A DNA stretch of 64,000 bases from Octopus vulgaris. Taxonomy: Eukaryota. Made by a program: the position numbers and the translations under genes. Positions 27,431 through 42,514 of the stretch are shown here, piece by piece; position 1 is the first letter of the stretch; every line of letters starts with the position of its first letter. The DNA lies in assembly GCA_951406725.2 (NCBI GenBank), contig OX597834.1, positions 38,874,001 through 38,938,000 of the forward strand. Reading direction: 5' to 3'. A model generated the notes under the pieces. That model ran no database searches, was not told the DNA's origin, and saw only the letters and a list, made by a program, of their open reading frames with translations.

Positions 27431-28569
27431 CGACTGAGGGGACAAACGAAAGTGGCACTCAAGTTGCACGGAGACGAATGAATCTTATTAAATGATAATA
27501 GTAATAATGTGTGTGTGTTTATGTATGTGTGTATGTATGTATGTCTGTATGTATGTGTGTACATCTGTGTATGTATGTATGTAAATATGTATGTGTATAT
27601 GCATATGTGTATGTATGTGTACGTATGTGTGTGCATGTATATGTATGTATGTATGTTTGTATATATGAATGTATATATGTACGTATGTGTATATGCATGT
27701 ATGTATGCATGTAAGAATGTACGTACGTACGTATGTATGCACGCATGTATATATGTATGTATGTATGTATATATGTATGTATGTATGTATGTGTGTGTGC
27801 GTGTTTGTGTGTGTGTGTGTGTATACGTGTGAGTGTATACGTGTGACTAGAAATACCTCATATATGTGTAGGGAATAGTATTAGTAGTGGTGATCGTGAG
27901 GGTGGAAAAGTGGTGGTAGTGATGATGGTGGTTGTGGTGATAGTGGTGGTAGTGGTGGTGGTGGTGGTGGTGGTGGTGCTGATGATGGTGGTTGTGGTGA
28001 TGGTGGTGGTGGTGGTGGTGGTAGTAGTGATGATGATGGTGGTGGTGGTGATTGTGGTGGTGGTGCTGGTGGTGGTGGTGGTGTATGTGGAGCAGCGGTG
28101 ACGGCGCAGTGGTGGCGGTACAGTGATGGCGGCACGGACGTGGCGGCATGGTCGTGGCGGCACCGTACTGGTGGCACAGTGGTGGTGGTACAGTGACGAC
28201 GTCACAATCGTGGTGGCGAAGTTATGACAGCGAAGTTATGACAGCGAAGTTATGACAGCGAAGTGATGGCGGCACAGTGATGGTGGCACGGCGGCGGCGG
28301 TGGTGGTGGTGTAAGTGTTTGACAGTCACCGTTTTATTTCAGTCATGCTATCGTAGCAATATTTCCCGGAAGTTGACGGTCCGATGCAACTTAGACTACT
28401 TATGAACTATTCGATAGCATTGAACACTTGCAAAAGGTAACAAGCAATAAGAACAAAGCTAAAAACAACAATAACAATACTACTAACAACGGCAACAACG
28501 ACAACACAACGAACAGCAGCAACATAACTCAAAATACAGCAAACAACAACACAACTAGCTGTAGCAAAA

Positions 28570-29530
28570 CAACTAACAACAAAAACAGCAACACAGCTAA
28601 CAACAACATCAGCACAACAACAACACAACAACCAGCAACACAACTAACAACAAAAACAGCAACACAGCTAACAACAACATCAGCACAACAACAACACAAC
28701 AACCAGCAACACAACTAACAACAAAAACAGCAACACAGCTAACAACAACATCAGCACAACAACACAACAACCAGCAACACAACTAACAACAAAAACAGCA
28801 ACACAGCTAACAACAACATCAGCACAACAACAACACAACAACCAGCAACACAACTAACAACAAAAACAGCAACACAGCTAACAACAACAGCACAACAACA
28901 ACACAACAACCAGCAACACAACTAACAACAAAAACAGCAACACAGCTAACAACAACATCAGCACAACAACAACACAACAACCAGCAACACAACTAACAAC
29001 AACAGCAACACAGCTAACAACAACATCAGCACAACAACAACACAACAACCAGCAACACAACTAACAACAAAAACAGCAACACAGCTAACAACAACATCAG
29101 CACAACAACACAACAACCAGCAACACAACTAACAACAACAGCAACACAGCTAACAACAACATCAGCACAACAACACAACAACCAGCAACACAACTAACAA
29201 CAAAAACAGCAACACAGCTAACAACAACATCAGCACAACAACAACACAACAACCAGCAACACAACTAACAACAACAGCAACACAGCTAACAACAACATCA
29301 GCACAACAACACAACAACCAGCAACACAACTAACAACAACAACAGCAACACAGCTAACAACAACATCAGCACAACAACACAACAACCAGCAACACAACTA
29401 ACAACAAAAACAGCAACACAGCTAACAACAACATCAGCACAACAACAACACAACAACCAGCAACACAACTAACAACAACAGCAACACAGCTAACAACAAC
29501 ATCAGCTCAACAACAACACAACTAACAACA
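28570..29530. repeat. CA-rich minisatellite, ~63-69-bp unit, ~14 copies
   Basis: Unit aacaacaaaaacagcaacacagctaacaacaacatcagcacaacaacaacacaacaaccagcaacacaact, with 3-bp-multiple indels. Confidence 0.95.
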
Positions 29531-32500
29531 AATAACGCAGCTAACAACAAACAACTCAACTAACAACAAACTACACAACTAACAACAAACAACACAACAA
29601 ACAACAAACAACACAACTAACAACAACACAGCTAACAATAATAACAACAACAATAATACAAGAATAAAAATACAATAACAACTCAACGAAAAGCCCAACC
29701 CGTTGCCTCTGCTTTCGCTTTTGTATTTTTATATATTTTTACTGCTTTTTTTTCTTGTTTAATATTTTTTTCTTCTTTCTTTTGTTTTCACGTTCTTTTG
29801 GTTCTTTTTGTTGTTGTTTCGTGTTGGTGGAGGAAATGGCAATGATGTCGGTGGTAGAAGTAGTAGTTTCACAGCAGTGGTAGTGGTGGTAGTGGAGCGA
29901 TGGTGGTGGTGGCAGTTGTTTTAATGGTGGTGGTAGTATTGTTGTTGTTGTTGTTGTTATTGTTGGCAGTGGTGGTGCCGACGGTGGCGAAGATGACAGA
30001 GGAGATGTTAGCCATTTTGTTGATGTTATCTAGACATAATGTATGCAGGACTATATCCAGACATGCGCAGTTAGCACAATTCGGTAATTATGGCGAATTA
30101 TCAGTTGTTCACACTTGGATATTTCTGAAAAAAAAATTATTTTTATTTGTTTTTTGTTTTTTTTCTTTACAGAAACAAAAACTAATAAAGTCTTTGATGT
30201 CATCGTGGCCTGAGAATCAAATATGGAAGACTTTTCACCGATATTTCATCTTTTTTCCCCACTACAGGGACATATATTAACTTGCTAAAAATGGCAGTCA
30301 AAGCTTCCTCATATCGTACGCTACCGTCTTTAAAATGAAAGGACTACATTTTGTGATGTACTCCTAGGTATACTCTGTCTTAAAAAAAATTGAAGACGAA
30401 ATGGTCACGGCTGGAGGATTTCGAGAAGAGAGGACTTAAGAGTTAGAATTAATATTCTTTTGTTAATCTCTCAACTGTGGCAGCGAGAGAGTAGAATATT
30501 TAGTGAGCCGGACAGAATGCTTAGTGATATTTCTTCCGGCTTTTTACGTTCTGGGCTGAAATTCTACCAAAGTCGACTTCCCCTTTCATCCCATTCGGGG
30601 TCGATAAAATAAAGTACCAACTGAGCATGCGCTGAGGTCGCTGTAATCCACTTCCTGTCTCCCTTAAGAAATTGCTAAACTTGTGTCAACTTTCGAAGCC
30701 ATCAACGACGGACAAAACGCTTCGTAGCATTTCTTCCGGCCCCTTACATTCGGAGTTCAAATGCCAGAGTGATTGACTTTGCCTCTCATCTTTTCGGGGT
30801 CGTTGAAAATAAGGACCAGCTGAGAGCAATGGGATCCATATAAGCAATTCACTCCCTCTCCGTGAGGGTGCGTGTCTTCATGGTTAGAGTATTCGGTTCA
30901 TGATCGAAGGTCGTGTGTTCGATAACCAACCGTGCGCTGTGACCTTGAGCACGTTACTCCAGTCCACCCAGCTTGCAAAAATGAATCGTACGTGTAATTC
31001 AAAGGGCCAGCCTTGTCACATTTTGTGCCATAATGAATCTCCTTAAGAATTACGTTAAGCGCACACCTCTGCCGGGTGCTCGGCCACTTGCACATTAATT
31101 TTACGAATAGGCTGTTCCGTAGATCCAGTCAACCGGGACATTCATCGTTGTAACCGACGGAGTATCAGTCATAGATACTCCCTCCCACTAAATTTGCTGG
31201 CCTTGTGCGAAAATGTGAAACCATTTGTATTACCTAATTAAAACTCGTTAACTTTATAATGTGTGTGCGTACAAGTGTGTGTGTGAAGGAGCATGGCTTT
31301 GTGGCTATGGTGTTGGGATCCCGACCATTAGATTGAGGCTTCAATTCATGGATTGAGGGACACTTTGTGCATCGCTTCAACATCGAGGCCAACAAGTCCG
31401 TGCATGACAGCTAAATCTACAAGTCATCTTTTTTATTATCTCTCTGTTTATTTTCTCTTATTCCTTCTTGTGGAAGAGCGTAGGCTCGAAACGTAAAAGA
31501 CGTCTTTAGTTTTACAATAAATTTCAACTATATATATATATATAAAAAAAAAAATTTTTTTAAATATATATATATATATATTATATATATACATACACAT
31601 ATATGGGCTCAGGAGTGGCTGTTCGGTAAGAAGCTTGCTTCTCAACCACATGGTTCTGGGTTCAGTCCCACTGCGTGGCACCTCGGGCCGACTAAATCTT
31701 GTGAGTGGATTTGATTGACGGAAACAGAAAGAAGCCCGTCGTGTGTGTTTGTGTGAATGGGTTTGTCCCTTTATCATCGCATCGCAACCGGTGTTGCTGT
31801 GTTTACGTCCCTGTAACTTAGTGCTTCGACAAAAGAAACCGATAGAATAAGTACTTAGAAAAATGCTTTGAGCAGGGAAATGGTTAACCCTTTACCACAG
31901 AAGATAGTTCCCTGGCATTCATGCATCATATGTGATACACATTCATAACTTATTTTGGCCACCAAAGCAACGTGGGTCCTGTGAAAAGAAAGCTATGGAT
32001 TATTTTGAATGTATGAAACAAGGGCGAAGTAAAAGATAGAAACAAGCATGAACGTTTAGGACAAATTTATGAAATTAATGTGGAACGGCAAATTGTGTGA
32101 AATAGGAAATCCGCATGTAAATTCATCAGAGAGAGACGAAGTCAGAGTAAAAATAAGAAAAAAGTGGAAATTTTACCGGTGAGTGTGTTACATAATAAGG
32201 CACAAAAAGAAAATGACTCTCCCCAGTCACAACAGAATATGCTTCAACACACGAACTCATATAAAGAATCTTGCAAACCAAATCCAAAAACGAAACAGAG
32301 TAAACTTTGTTTTCTTATATAAACTCGTTAGACGTTTGCTTGTCCTCTGTATCACATGTGTTGATACACAGGGAATATTTCCTTGGCTTCTATGAATCAC
32401 AAATGATACACGTTCATAATTATTTACAATCACTGAAGTAACTTCGGACTTATGAAGAAAAAGCTTTAAATTACTCAGAATATGGGAAATATAGACTAAC

Positions 32501-32747
32501 TAAAAGCATGGATGTCAAGGGCAAACTTAGGACAATGCTTTCGACAGGGCAAAGGGTCAACAGGGCCCATTTTTGCTGCAAATAGTCAGACCAAGAAGCT
32601 ACTTCCTTACTCTCTAACTCCCACCATTCACGGTGTCCCTGAAAATTGTAATCGATGATCCTCAGTCGCTTTTGACTAAATTATTTTAAAACAAAAGATG
32701 GCCGCCAGCATCATAAGACAACATCAGAGTTGTTTGACTGTGGCGTG

Positions 32748-32817
<70 letters not shown>

Positions 32818-33014
32818 TATTGTAAACTGTCTGGATCATAGATCTGAAAATAGATCCACTATAAAGCAATAGCAGACTAGTTTTACAGCGAATGGTATTG
32901 ATAAATGGGTAGATAACGGGGTGGTCAATGACATTGATCAATAGGGTGAGTGTACGTGTGTGTGTGTGTTTGTTTGTCTGTTTGTATTGATGTGTGTGTG
33001 TGTGTGTGTGTGTT

Positions 33015-33059
<45 letters not shown>

Positions 33060-33222
33060 TCTAACATTTCTCGGCATGAAATATAAATAGACTATATATT
33101 ACCTTAAAATTGAGTACTTGCGTCTTTGTTTATGTTATAGACACACACACACACACATGCACATAATTTTAAGTGTATATATTGTATACATATACATACA
33201 TACTAAAGTGTGTGAGTTATGT

Positions 33223-33312
<90 letters not shown>

Positions 33313-33325
33313 TTATATATATATG

Positions 33326-33361
<36 letters not shown>

Positions 33362-33769
33362 CAATCGCACGCGCACACACACAAACACTTATATATATAT
33401 ATATGCAGAGATTGGACAAAATAACGGAAACACCACTTTTTATTCATTTTATCTTATTTTTCTGTTGGCAACATAACAAATCCAAAACTGCTCTCGTCCA
33501 TATATGTGTGTGTTCATATACATTATGGATGTCTTGTGCTTCAGGATAGAACCTTCTGTTTTTCCTCCTTCCTTTCCTTTTCTTTCATTATGGAAGATAT
33601 TTATATATAAATAAGTTAAAATGCATGACCTATCAGATTTCCAAGGCGGACAAATCGTTAGAGCACGGATCGCTGGATTTTCTCTCACTAAAACTGCTGA
33701 ATCACAATTCTATATTTATGAAATGAGGAACTTATTATGTAAACTGTTTATATAAGTCCAACTGGTGAC

Positions 33770-34230
33770 CTCATCCTCATTGTAGCTTTCACTACATTTT
33801 GGTTGTTGTACGCTCCACCCTTCTTCAGGTGTTGTTTGTTGAACTCAGTCGTCGAATCGGGATAAAGATTTGATCCATGGCGGTACACTATGCTCATTCA
33901 TTCTTAGGTTCGAAATCCCTATTCGACAAACGAGTTCAACACAAGACACCTGAAGAAGGCTGGGGCATACAACAGCCGAAACGTAGTGAAAGCAACAATG
34001 AAGAGGAGGACACCAGAAGAGGACACTAAGAATGGATGAGAACAGTGTACTGCCGTGGATCGAATAAAAGGTTAGGTTCGAAAGCCCTATTCGACAAACA
34101 AGTTCAACACAAGAGCGTTGGCTCGAAACGTCAAAGACTTTTCTATTCTTCCCGAGCGTTAAACTAATACACCTGTTTGTTGTTCCTTCACTTATCTTCG
34201 TCTTTTGTTTTCTGTTTTTGTTTTGAACTC
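33770..34230. mobile_element. Penelope-like pseudo-LTR cluster (inverted and direct copies)
   Basis: 33770-33860 is a diverged inverted copy of ~33915-34010. A ~42-bp direct repeat starts at ~33904 and ~34073. A second hammerhead 3' half (gagcgttggctcgaaacgtc) lies at ~34113. Confidence 0.65.
33947..33988 (+). ncRNA. Minimal type I hammerhead (Penelope-type)
   Basis: CAC-CUGAAGA-A-GGCUG...CAGCC-GAAA-CG-UA-GUG, with palindromic ACGU stem III. Confidence 0.7.
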
Positions 34231-34231
34231 T

Positions 34232-34307
<76 letters not shown>

Positions 34308-34774
34308 CGACAACTTGAGCTTGTCAAGCAAGTTGTCCGCGGACATTCGACGAGGCGTAGAAAGAAAAGAGACCTCACAAAAGGTGAGTGAATCTTTGAC
34401 TGTTTTATTATAAATATAAACAGTACACTTTAGACGTGTGTGAGACAGAGAAAGAGAGTTGTGTGTGTGTGTGTGTGCATGTGTGTAGTGTGTGTGTGCA
34501 TGTGTGTAGTGTGTGTGTGCATGTGTGTAGTGTGTGTGTGCATGTGTGTAGTGTGTGTGTGAACAGAATTGCTATCCAAGCCAGACGGTATTGTCGAAGT
34601 CGAACGATGCAAACAAATGGTACAAAGCAAAGAAAACAACGGTCTGAATTCAAGACAAAATGGAAATGCTCGGAGCCGACCGAGAGAACAATGAGCCAGA
34701 ATCTTTTCATGTCAGTCGGCAAAATGGAAAGAAAGAGTAGAAAAACATACGGAACCATCAATGATAAAAGACCG

Positions 34775-34805
<31 letters not shown>

Positions 34806-34859
34806 ACAGCTAAGGTTCTTCAAAGTTGGAAAGATCACACACGTATATTTCGTTGTCTG

Positions 34860-34914
<55 letters not shown>

Positions 34915-35024
34915 CTTCTACCTATCTATCTATCTATCTATCTATCTACCTACATACCTACCTATCTATCCATCTATCGATCGATCGATCTATCTATCTA
35001 TCGAACTATTTATTTATCTATTCA

Positions 35025-35086
<62 letters not shown>

Positions 35087-35099
35087 TATGTATATATAT

Positions 35100-35137
<38 letters not shown>

Positions 35138-35148
35138 TAGATAAGTAA

Positions 35149-35234
<86 letters not shown>

Positions 35235-35369
35235 CACTATATAAACACAGACAGGACAGAAGTAAATAGACACCATTATAACCATGAAAATCTATTCAAA
35301 TCTGAAATTATACATTCAAATTATTTATTAATTGTTACAATATTAATATTTAAATACATAGTAGATATG

Positions 35370-36005
35370 TCCTTTGCATTTTTCAATGCAAGGACCTACC
35401 AGGCATGTTACTGATCAGCTGACGAATATTCTCTTTAGGAATTTCTTGCCAATTTTCATGCAGTAACTCAAAAGATCTGGCTTTGAAGATGCTTTCTTGT
35501 TCTTTTTATGAAATGTCCTGTCCATTATGTCCTAAAGGTGTTCAATAGGGTTAATATCTGGTGACTGGCTTCACCATGGAAGCTTTTAAATGCCATTTTC
35601 ACCCAACAAATCTTGGGTCATTTTAGCCGTGTCTTCCATAAATAAAGAGTTTTCTTGAAACATTTCTCCACTAGAGAAGAATGGAAGGAGTCCTGGCTGC
35701 AATATGGACACATATTTATCTGAGTTTATGTTTCCCTCACACTCCATCAGCTCTAATCAACCATTGCTCCAAATTGCTCCCCAGACCATCACAGAATAGC
35801 CGCTTTGTTTCATTGTTGGCTGCAATCTTTCCCCATGAAATTCTTGGTCACAGAGTCTTCAGACCCACACTCGACCACTGTCAGGAAATACAGCAAATCT
35901 GGACTCATCGGAGAATATGGCAGTGTCCCAAAATGCTAGTGGCCTCTCCACCATCTCGCTGGCCCAATCTTTTCTCCACTTCATGTTGGCTGGTCGAAGG
36001 AATGT
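35370..36005 (-). pseudogene. Tc1-family DDE transposase remnant
   Basis: FWDTAIFSDESRF..DSGRVWV (~35930-35860) and LPW*SQSPDINPIEHL*D (~35583-35530), with multiple stops. Confidence 0.9.
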
Positions 36006-36023
36006 GTGGAAGCCCGTCGTGTA

Positions 36024-36121
<98 letters not shown>

Positions 36122-36930
36122 TGTGTGTGTGTGCGTGCGTGCGTATGAATGAGCTCGTCCCCGGCCATAGCCCGACAAACGGTTTTGGTTTCTTCACGAT
36201 CCCGTAACGTAGCGGTTCGGCAACAAAATATCGATATAATAAGTATCCCGCTTAAAAATCAATAAGTACTAGAATCGATTTGATCGACTAAAATCCGTCA
36301 AGGCGGTGCCCCAGTATGGCCACAGTTTAATGACTGAAGCAAGTAAATGATGCGCACATAAATATATATTCACAACTGTTGAAACGCATCCCGTACACCA
36401 GACACACACATACATACAAACACACATATATACACACACATACATACACACACATACTCAGTCACACACACATATACAAAATACACACATACACACACCA
36501 CAAACACACATAACAAACACATACATACGCACATACCACACACATACACAAACACCACAGATATACACTCACACGCACATACAAGATATACTCACCACAC
36601 ACGCACACACACACACACACACACACACTAACACACAATATATGTTAGACACCACACACGAATATCACATAAGCATCTCACACATTGAGAAACTGGGAGA
36701 GACCAAAGAAAGAGAGACAGAGCTAAAAGAGGGAGTGAGAGCTAAAAGAGAAAGAGAGAGAGACTGACATACGCAGAGGGAGAATGAGAGAGGTTGACAG
36801 AGAGAAGAGACAGATTCAGGGGTGGGGGTGGGGGTAGAGAGAGAGAGAGAGAAATTAGAAATATACACAAAAGAGATAGAATCGTCTCATTTCTCTCTGT
36901 ACCATAAATATATAAATACACACAGACACG

Positions 36931-36987
<57 letters not shown>

Positions 36988-37003
36988 ATATATATATATA
37001 TAA

Positions 37004-37034
<31 letters not shown>

Positions 37035-37035
37035 A

Positions 37036-37066
<31 letters not shown>

Positions 37067-37083
37067 AATACACATAAGGCACG

Positions 37084-37122
<39 letters not shown>

Positions 37123-37134
37123 ATATATATATAA

Positions 37135-37167
<33 letters not shown>

Positions 37168-37248
37168 AATACATACACACACACATACACACAAACACAT
37201 ATACATATATAAATATCTAAATATATAGATACACACACACACACACTC

Positions 37249-37279
<31 letters not shown>

Positions 37280-39167
37280 CGCGCACGTGATAAGACAGTC
37301 TAGTCCGGTGTGTATAATTGGCTGACGGTCAGCAGGTCAGTCAGCAGTCAATGACCTAAACGACTATCGACCAATCACTAGCAACAGTTTCTCTGCAACA
37401 ATAACACCACCTGACGGACGTTTTCTTTGCATTTTTTGTTGTTGTTTTGTTTTGTTTTGTTGCTTTTTCTTTTCTGTGTATTTTTTTTTTTTCCACTTAG
37501 TCATTCAAAGTTTAGAGACGGAGTCAGTGGGTCTCTTGCTGCTGCTGCGGCTGCCGCTGCTGCTGTTTTTGCTGTTGTTGTTGTTGTTCTTCTTCTTCTT
37601 GGTGGTGGTGGTGATAGTTGTAGTGGTGGCGGTGCTGGTGGTGGTAGTGGTAATGGTGGTGGTGGTGGTGGTGGTGGTAATGGAGGTGGTGGTGGTGGTG
37701 GTAATGGAGGTGGTGGTGGTGGTGGTGGTGGTGGTGGTAATGGTGGTGGTGGTGGTGGTGGTGGTAATGGAGGTGGTGGTGGTGGTGGTGGTAATGGTGG
37801 TGGTGGTGGTGGTGGTAATGATGGTGGTGGTAATGGAGGTGGTGGTGGTGGTGGTAATGGAGGTGGTGGTGGTGGTGGTGGTAATGGTGGCGGTGGTGGT
37901 GCTGGTGCTGCTACTGGTGGTAGTGGTAGTTGTTGTGGTTGTGAATGTGGTGATGGTGATGGTTGGGTTTGTGTTGTTGATGGTGGTGGTCATGGATGTG
38001 GTGGTGGTGGTGGTGCTGATGATGATGGTGGTGGTGTTCATATTGGTGGTGCTGGTAGTAGTGCTGCAATTGATGGTACTGATGTTTTTGTCGTCGTTGT
38101 TGTAGTAACGGTTGTTGTTGTTGTTGTGGTCGTTGTTGCTATTTGCGCATGCGTGTCTTGTTTACCGCTTTCGAACTAAGCACATTAATCAGCAGTTTTG
38201 AGGGGAAGGGCTCACCGATCACACATAGACGCCTGTGCTTGATTGTTTACTTTGTCGATCGACTCCGAAAGGATTAACGCTCACATAGGTGGGATTCTAG
38301 AGAGAAGAAAACACCACAAGGCATTTTCCCACGTTGTAGCGATTCAGCAATTCCGTCCACATTGTGTGGGGGATAATGACGAGTGTAGAAGTGTTAGTGG
38401 CAGGTGGTGGTGGTGGTGGTGGTGGTGGTGGTGGTGGTGGTGGTGGTGGTAGTGGTGGTGGTGGTGTTGGTGGTGATAGTTGTAGTAGTGGCCGTGGTGG
38501 TGGTAGTGGTGGTGGTGCTGGTGCTGGTGCTGGTGGTGCTGGTGGTGGTGGTGGTGATGGTGATGGTTGTGGTGGTGGCCGTGGTGGTGATGGAGATGGT
38601 GATGGTGGTGTTGGCCGTGGTGGTGATAGTTGTAGTAGTGGCCGTGGTGGTGGTGGTGGTGATGGTGGTGGTGGTGGTGGTAGTGGTGGCGGTGGTGGTG
38701 GTGGTGGTCATGATGGTTGTGATAGTGGTGATGGTGGTGGCAGTGATGGTGTTGGAGATGGTGAAGGAGGTGGTTATGATGGTGATGGTGATGGTAGTCA
38801 TGGTGGTGGTTGTGGTGGTGGTAGTGGAGGAGGTGCCTGCTATAAAATGTAATAAAATGTTGCAAAAGTAAATTACTACAAACACGCACACACACACACA
38901 CATACACACACGCATGCACACTCACCGGTGCACATATACACACATACACACTCCACATCTGTGTGAAAGAAGATAAGTCCGCTGCTGCGCAGATAACGTC
39001 TATTGGGGCCGGAACACTCCCTAGCTGTTCTCTTGTCCCCAGACATTCAATGCGTCTTTTTATTAGCACAAAAACTAACGTGGGATTTGAAGACAAGGAA
39101 ACAAATATAGGCACACACACACGCACAAAACACACACACACACACACACACATACACACACATATAC

Positions 39168-39239
<72 letters not shown>

Positions 39240-39589
39240 GTTTGTATATCTGTGTTTGTCCCCCCAACATCGCTTGACAACCGATGCTGGTGTGTTTATG
39301 TCCCCGTCACTTAGCGGTTCGGCAAAAGAGACCGATGTAATATATATATATATATATATATATACATACATGTCCTTTTATTCTACTTTTTTACTTGTTT
39401 CAGCCATTTGACTGCGACCATGATGGAGCGCCGCCTTTAGTCGAACGAATTGACCCCAGGACTTATTCTTCGTATGCCTAGTTCTTATTCTATCGGTCTT
39501 TAATCACCAAAGTCACTACCACCACCACCACCACCACCACCACTGCCTCTACCGCCTCCATATCCATATCTCCCATTATTTTTTTTACG

Positions 39590-39878
39590 ACCAGGCTATC
39601 AGATGCTGCTACACCTCGCTGGTCACAATGCGCTTCCCATTGTTTTAGCCTTCAAATGACGCCATCCCGCTGGCTAAGCGAGCAGGCCAAGAGAAGAAGA
39701 AAGAGTGAGAGAAAGATGTGGCTAAAGAGTACAGTAGGGATCGCCACCCTCCCCTGCCGGAGCCTCGTGGAGCTCTAGGTGTTTTCGCTCAATAAACACT
39801 CACAACGCCCGGTCTGGGTATCGAAATCGCGATCCTCCGACTGCGAGTCCACTGCCCTAACCACCGGGCCATTGCGTC
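39590..39878 (-). mobile_element. SINE family B, near full length
   Basis: Reverse complement matches 989-1235 and extends its tail. Confidence 0.85.
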
Positions 39879-40510
39879 TCCACTGCTATCGCCACCACAA
39901 AATCCCCCAACGACATCACCAACACCGTTCCCAACACTACCTTCTAAACCAACACCACCACTATAACCTCTACCACCACCACCACCACCACTTCATAAAT
40001 CACGAACGCCACCACCACTACCACCACCACCACCGCATCTACCGCCTCCATATCCATATCTGCCGTTGTTATCAGCAATAAATATGATCTGGTCAAAGGC
40101 AGGACAACCGGATGTTAACTGCGTATTTATCGCCGACCAATGATTTTGACAGAAACAAGCAGCTTGTTATGACTGTGTCACTAAGTCTTGTCATATGTTA
40201 TTCATAATAACTGTTTTAGCGAAGTGCTTCGCGAACATAAATAATGCCAGATTCTATTTTTAAAATCGAAAACACAACAAAACTGAAAAGTCTGAATACA
40301 AAGACTGGGAAACCGTCCTTTCATCTTTCATATATATCTGCTTCTGTCATTGGACTGCGGCCATGCTGGGGCACAATCTTGTTTTGTTTTGCTTTTTATT
40401 TTTTTTTTTTTTTACCATTTATCTTTTACATACATGTAACAGTCATTTGACTGCGGCCATGCTGGGGCATCACCTTGAGGAAATGCAGTCGAATGGATCG
40501 ATCCCAGTAG

Positions 40511-40571
<61 letters not shown>

Positions 40572-40697
40572 TGTGTGTGTTTTAAACGTGCTAAATTTTT
40601 TCCTATCGGTCTCTTTTGCTGAACCGCTAGTTACGGGGACGTAAAAATTACAACACCAGTTGTCAAGTAGTGGTGGAGAACAAACACACACACTGGT

Positions 40698-40742
<45 letters not shown>

Positions 40743-40947
40743 AGAAGCTTGCTTCCCAACCTCAAGGTTCCGGGTTCAGTCCCACTGCGTGACACATTGG
40801 GCGAATGTCTTCTATTAAAGCCTCAGTCCGACCAAAGCCTTGTGAGCGGATTTGGAAGACGGAAACTGAAAGAAGCCTGTCGTATATATATGTGTGTGTG
40901 TGTATGTATATATATATATGCATGTATGTATATATACATACACACAC

Positions 40948-41027
<80 letters not shown>

Positions 41028-42334
41028 GTGTGTCTTTGTGTCTATGTTTGCCATCCTTCCACACTTGCTCAAGGTGCCATGCAGTGGGATTGAACCCGGA
41101 GTCGTGTGGTTTGGAAGCAAACATTTTACCACATAGCCAAACTGAATAATTTTTTTTCCCTTAGTAAATTATGTTTATGATTTCTAGGTCAAAATATATT
41201 ATTTATCTATTCTAACTTCGTTCATGGATCTTTTCTGTTAGATTGTCTGCGGTTCCAAAAATTGAAGTTTTCCGAAAAATTTTTTAATTTGGCACAGTAA
41301 TAAACTTGCTCAAATTAAATTGCTGGAATTATTTCATTTTTCCCAGAAAAATGTTTTTAAAGAGTTGAGGTTAAATTTTGATAATTTTCACCCAGTTAGG
41401 AAACAGGATTTGGAAGCTGTCATTTTGCTCGTGACAGCAAATTTTGTCGTGAACATCCTGAAAATAGCAGGTGTTGTCAATATTTGTAAACAACACGTGT
41501 TATGTCCCCGGTAATTTTATTTCATGTAAATAAATGTTTATGTTAATTTAAAAGATTTATCAAAAAAATCTTATTTAGCTGTTATTTTTAGCATACCTCA
41601 CAACCACCTCAATACTCAATGACAAAAAGAAACCATAATAAAAGCGAAGTTACTGGAGCTTGCTGCCATAATCACGCAGAACAAAAAGTCAAATTTGTCA
41701 ACACGTGCTTCCTCGCTATGGCAACAGACAAAGGAGTTCTTATGTTCCGCTTCTTACTATCGAAGCAGCCATGAATGCGTCTGTGGCTTACGATTGGCTA
41801 AAATTACTAAAATTTTCAAACTTTAATTACTAATAACTCTTCGTTTATTGATTTATAGTGATAATTACTTTTCGTCATTAATTAGCCTATAAAAGTGTAT
41901 CATTACACTGAATATGAAATCAATTCGGACAGAAATTTGACACTGGCAGCCACTGGTAACCACTGGCAACCAAACAGAAAAGATCCCTGATCGTTTACTT
42001 GTTTCTGGTATTGGACTGCGGCCATGCCGGAGCACCACCTTGAAGGGTTTAAGTCCAAGTAAGAGCAACCTCTTCCGAGAACCGGGCCACATGAAACATG
42101 GATCATCATTAGACAAACCGCACTACTAAAATAGACTTCAAAGTAATTATTCGTTTGAAGTGCCATTAAGAAAATCCCGCGGAGTCGCAGTTTGCCCATG
42201 ACTAGATTAGGTAGGTAGGTAGGTAGGTAGGTAGGTAGGTAGGTAGGTAGGTAGGTAGGTAGGTATGTAGGTAGGAAGGTAGGTAGGTAGGAAGGAAGGT
42301 AGGTAGGTAGGTAGGTATGTAGATAGATAAATAA

Positions 42335-42475
<141 letters not shown>

Positions 42476-42514
42476 AATTATGTATGTATTTATGTATATC
42501 TCTTCTGTTTTTTA

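Noticed and set aside
31884-31900. piggyBac-like TTAA-CCCTT end
   Set aside because: No matching opposite terminus found.
34305-34390. Possible exon ending AAG|GTGAGT
   Set aside because: Good donor, but no acceptor, partner exon or recognisable protein.
37427-39270. Gly-rich and His-rich ORFs (250 aa, 308 aa)
   Set aside because: GGT/GAT microsatellite is open in several frames on both strands, and there is no unique coding context.
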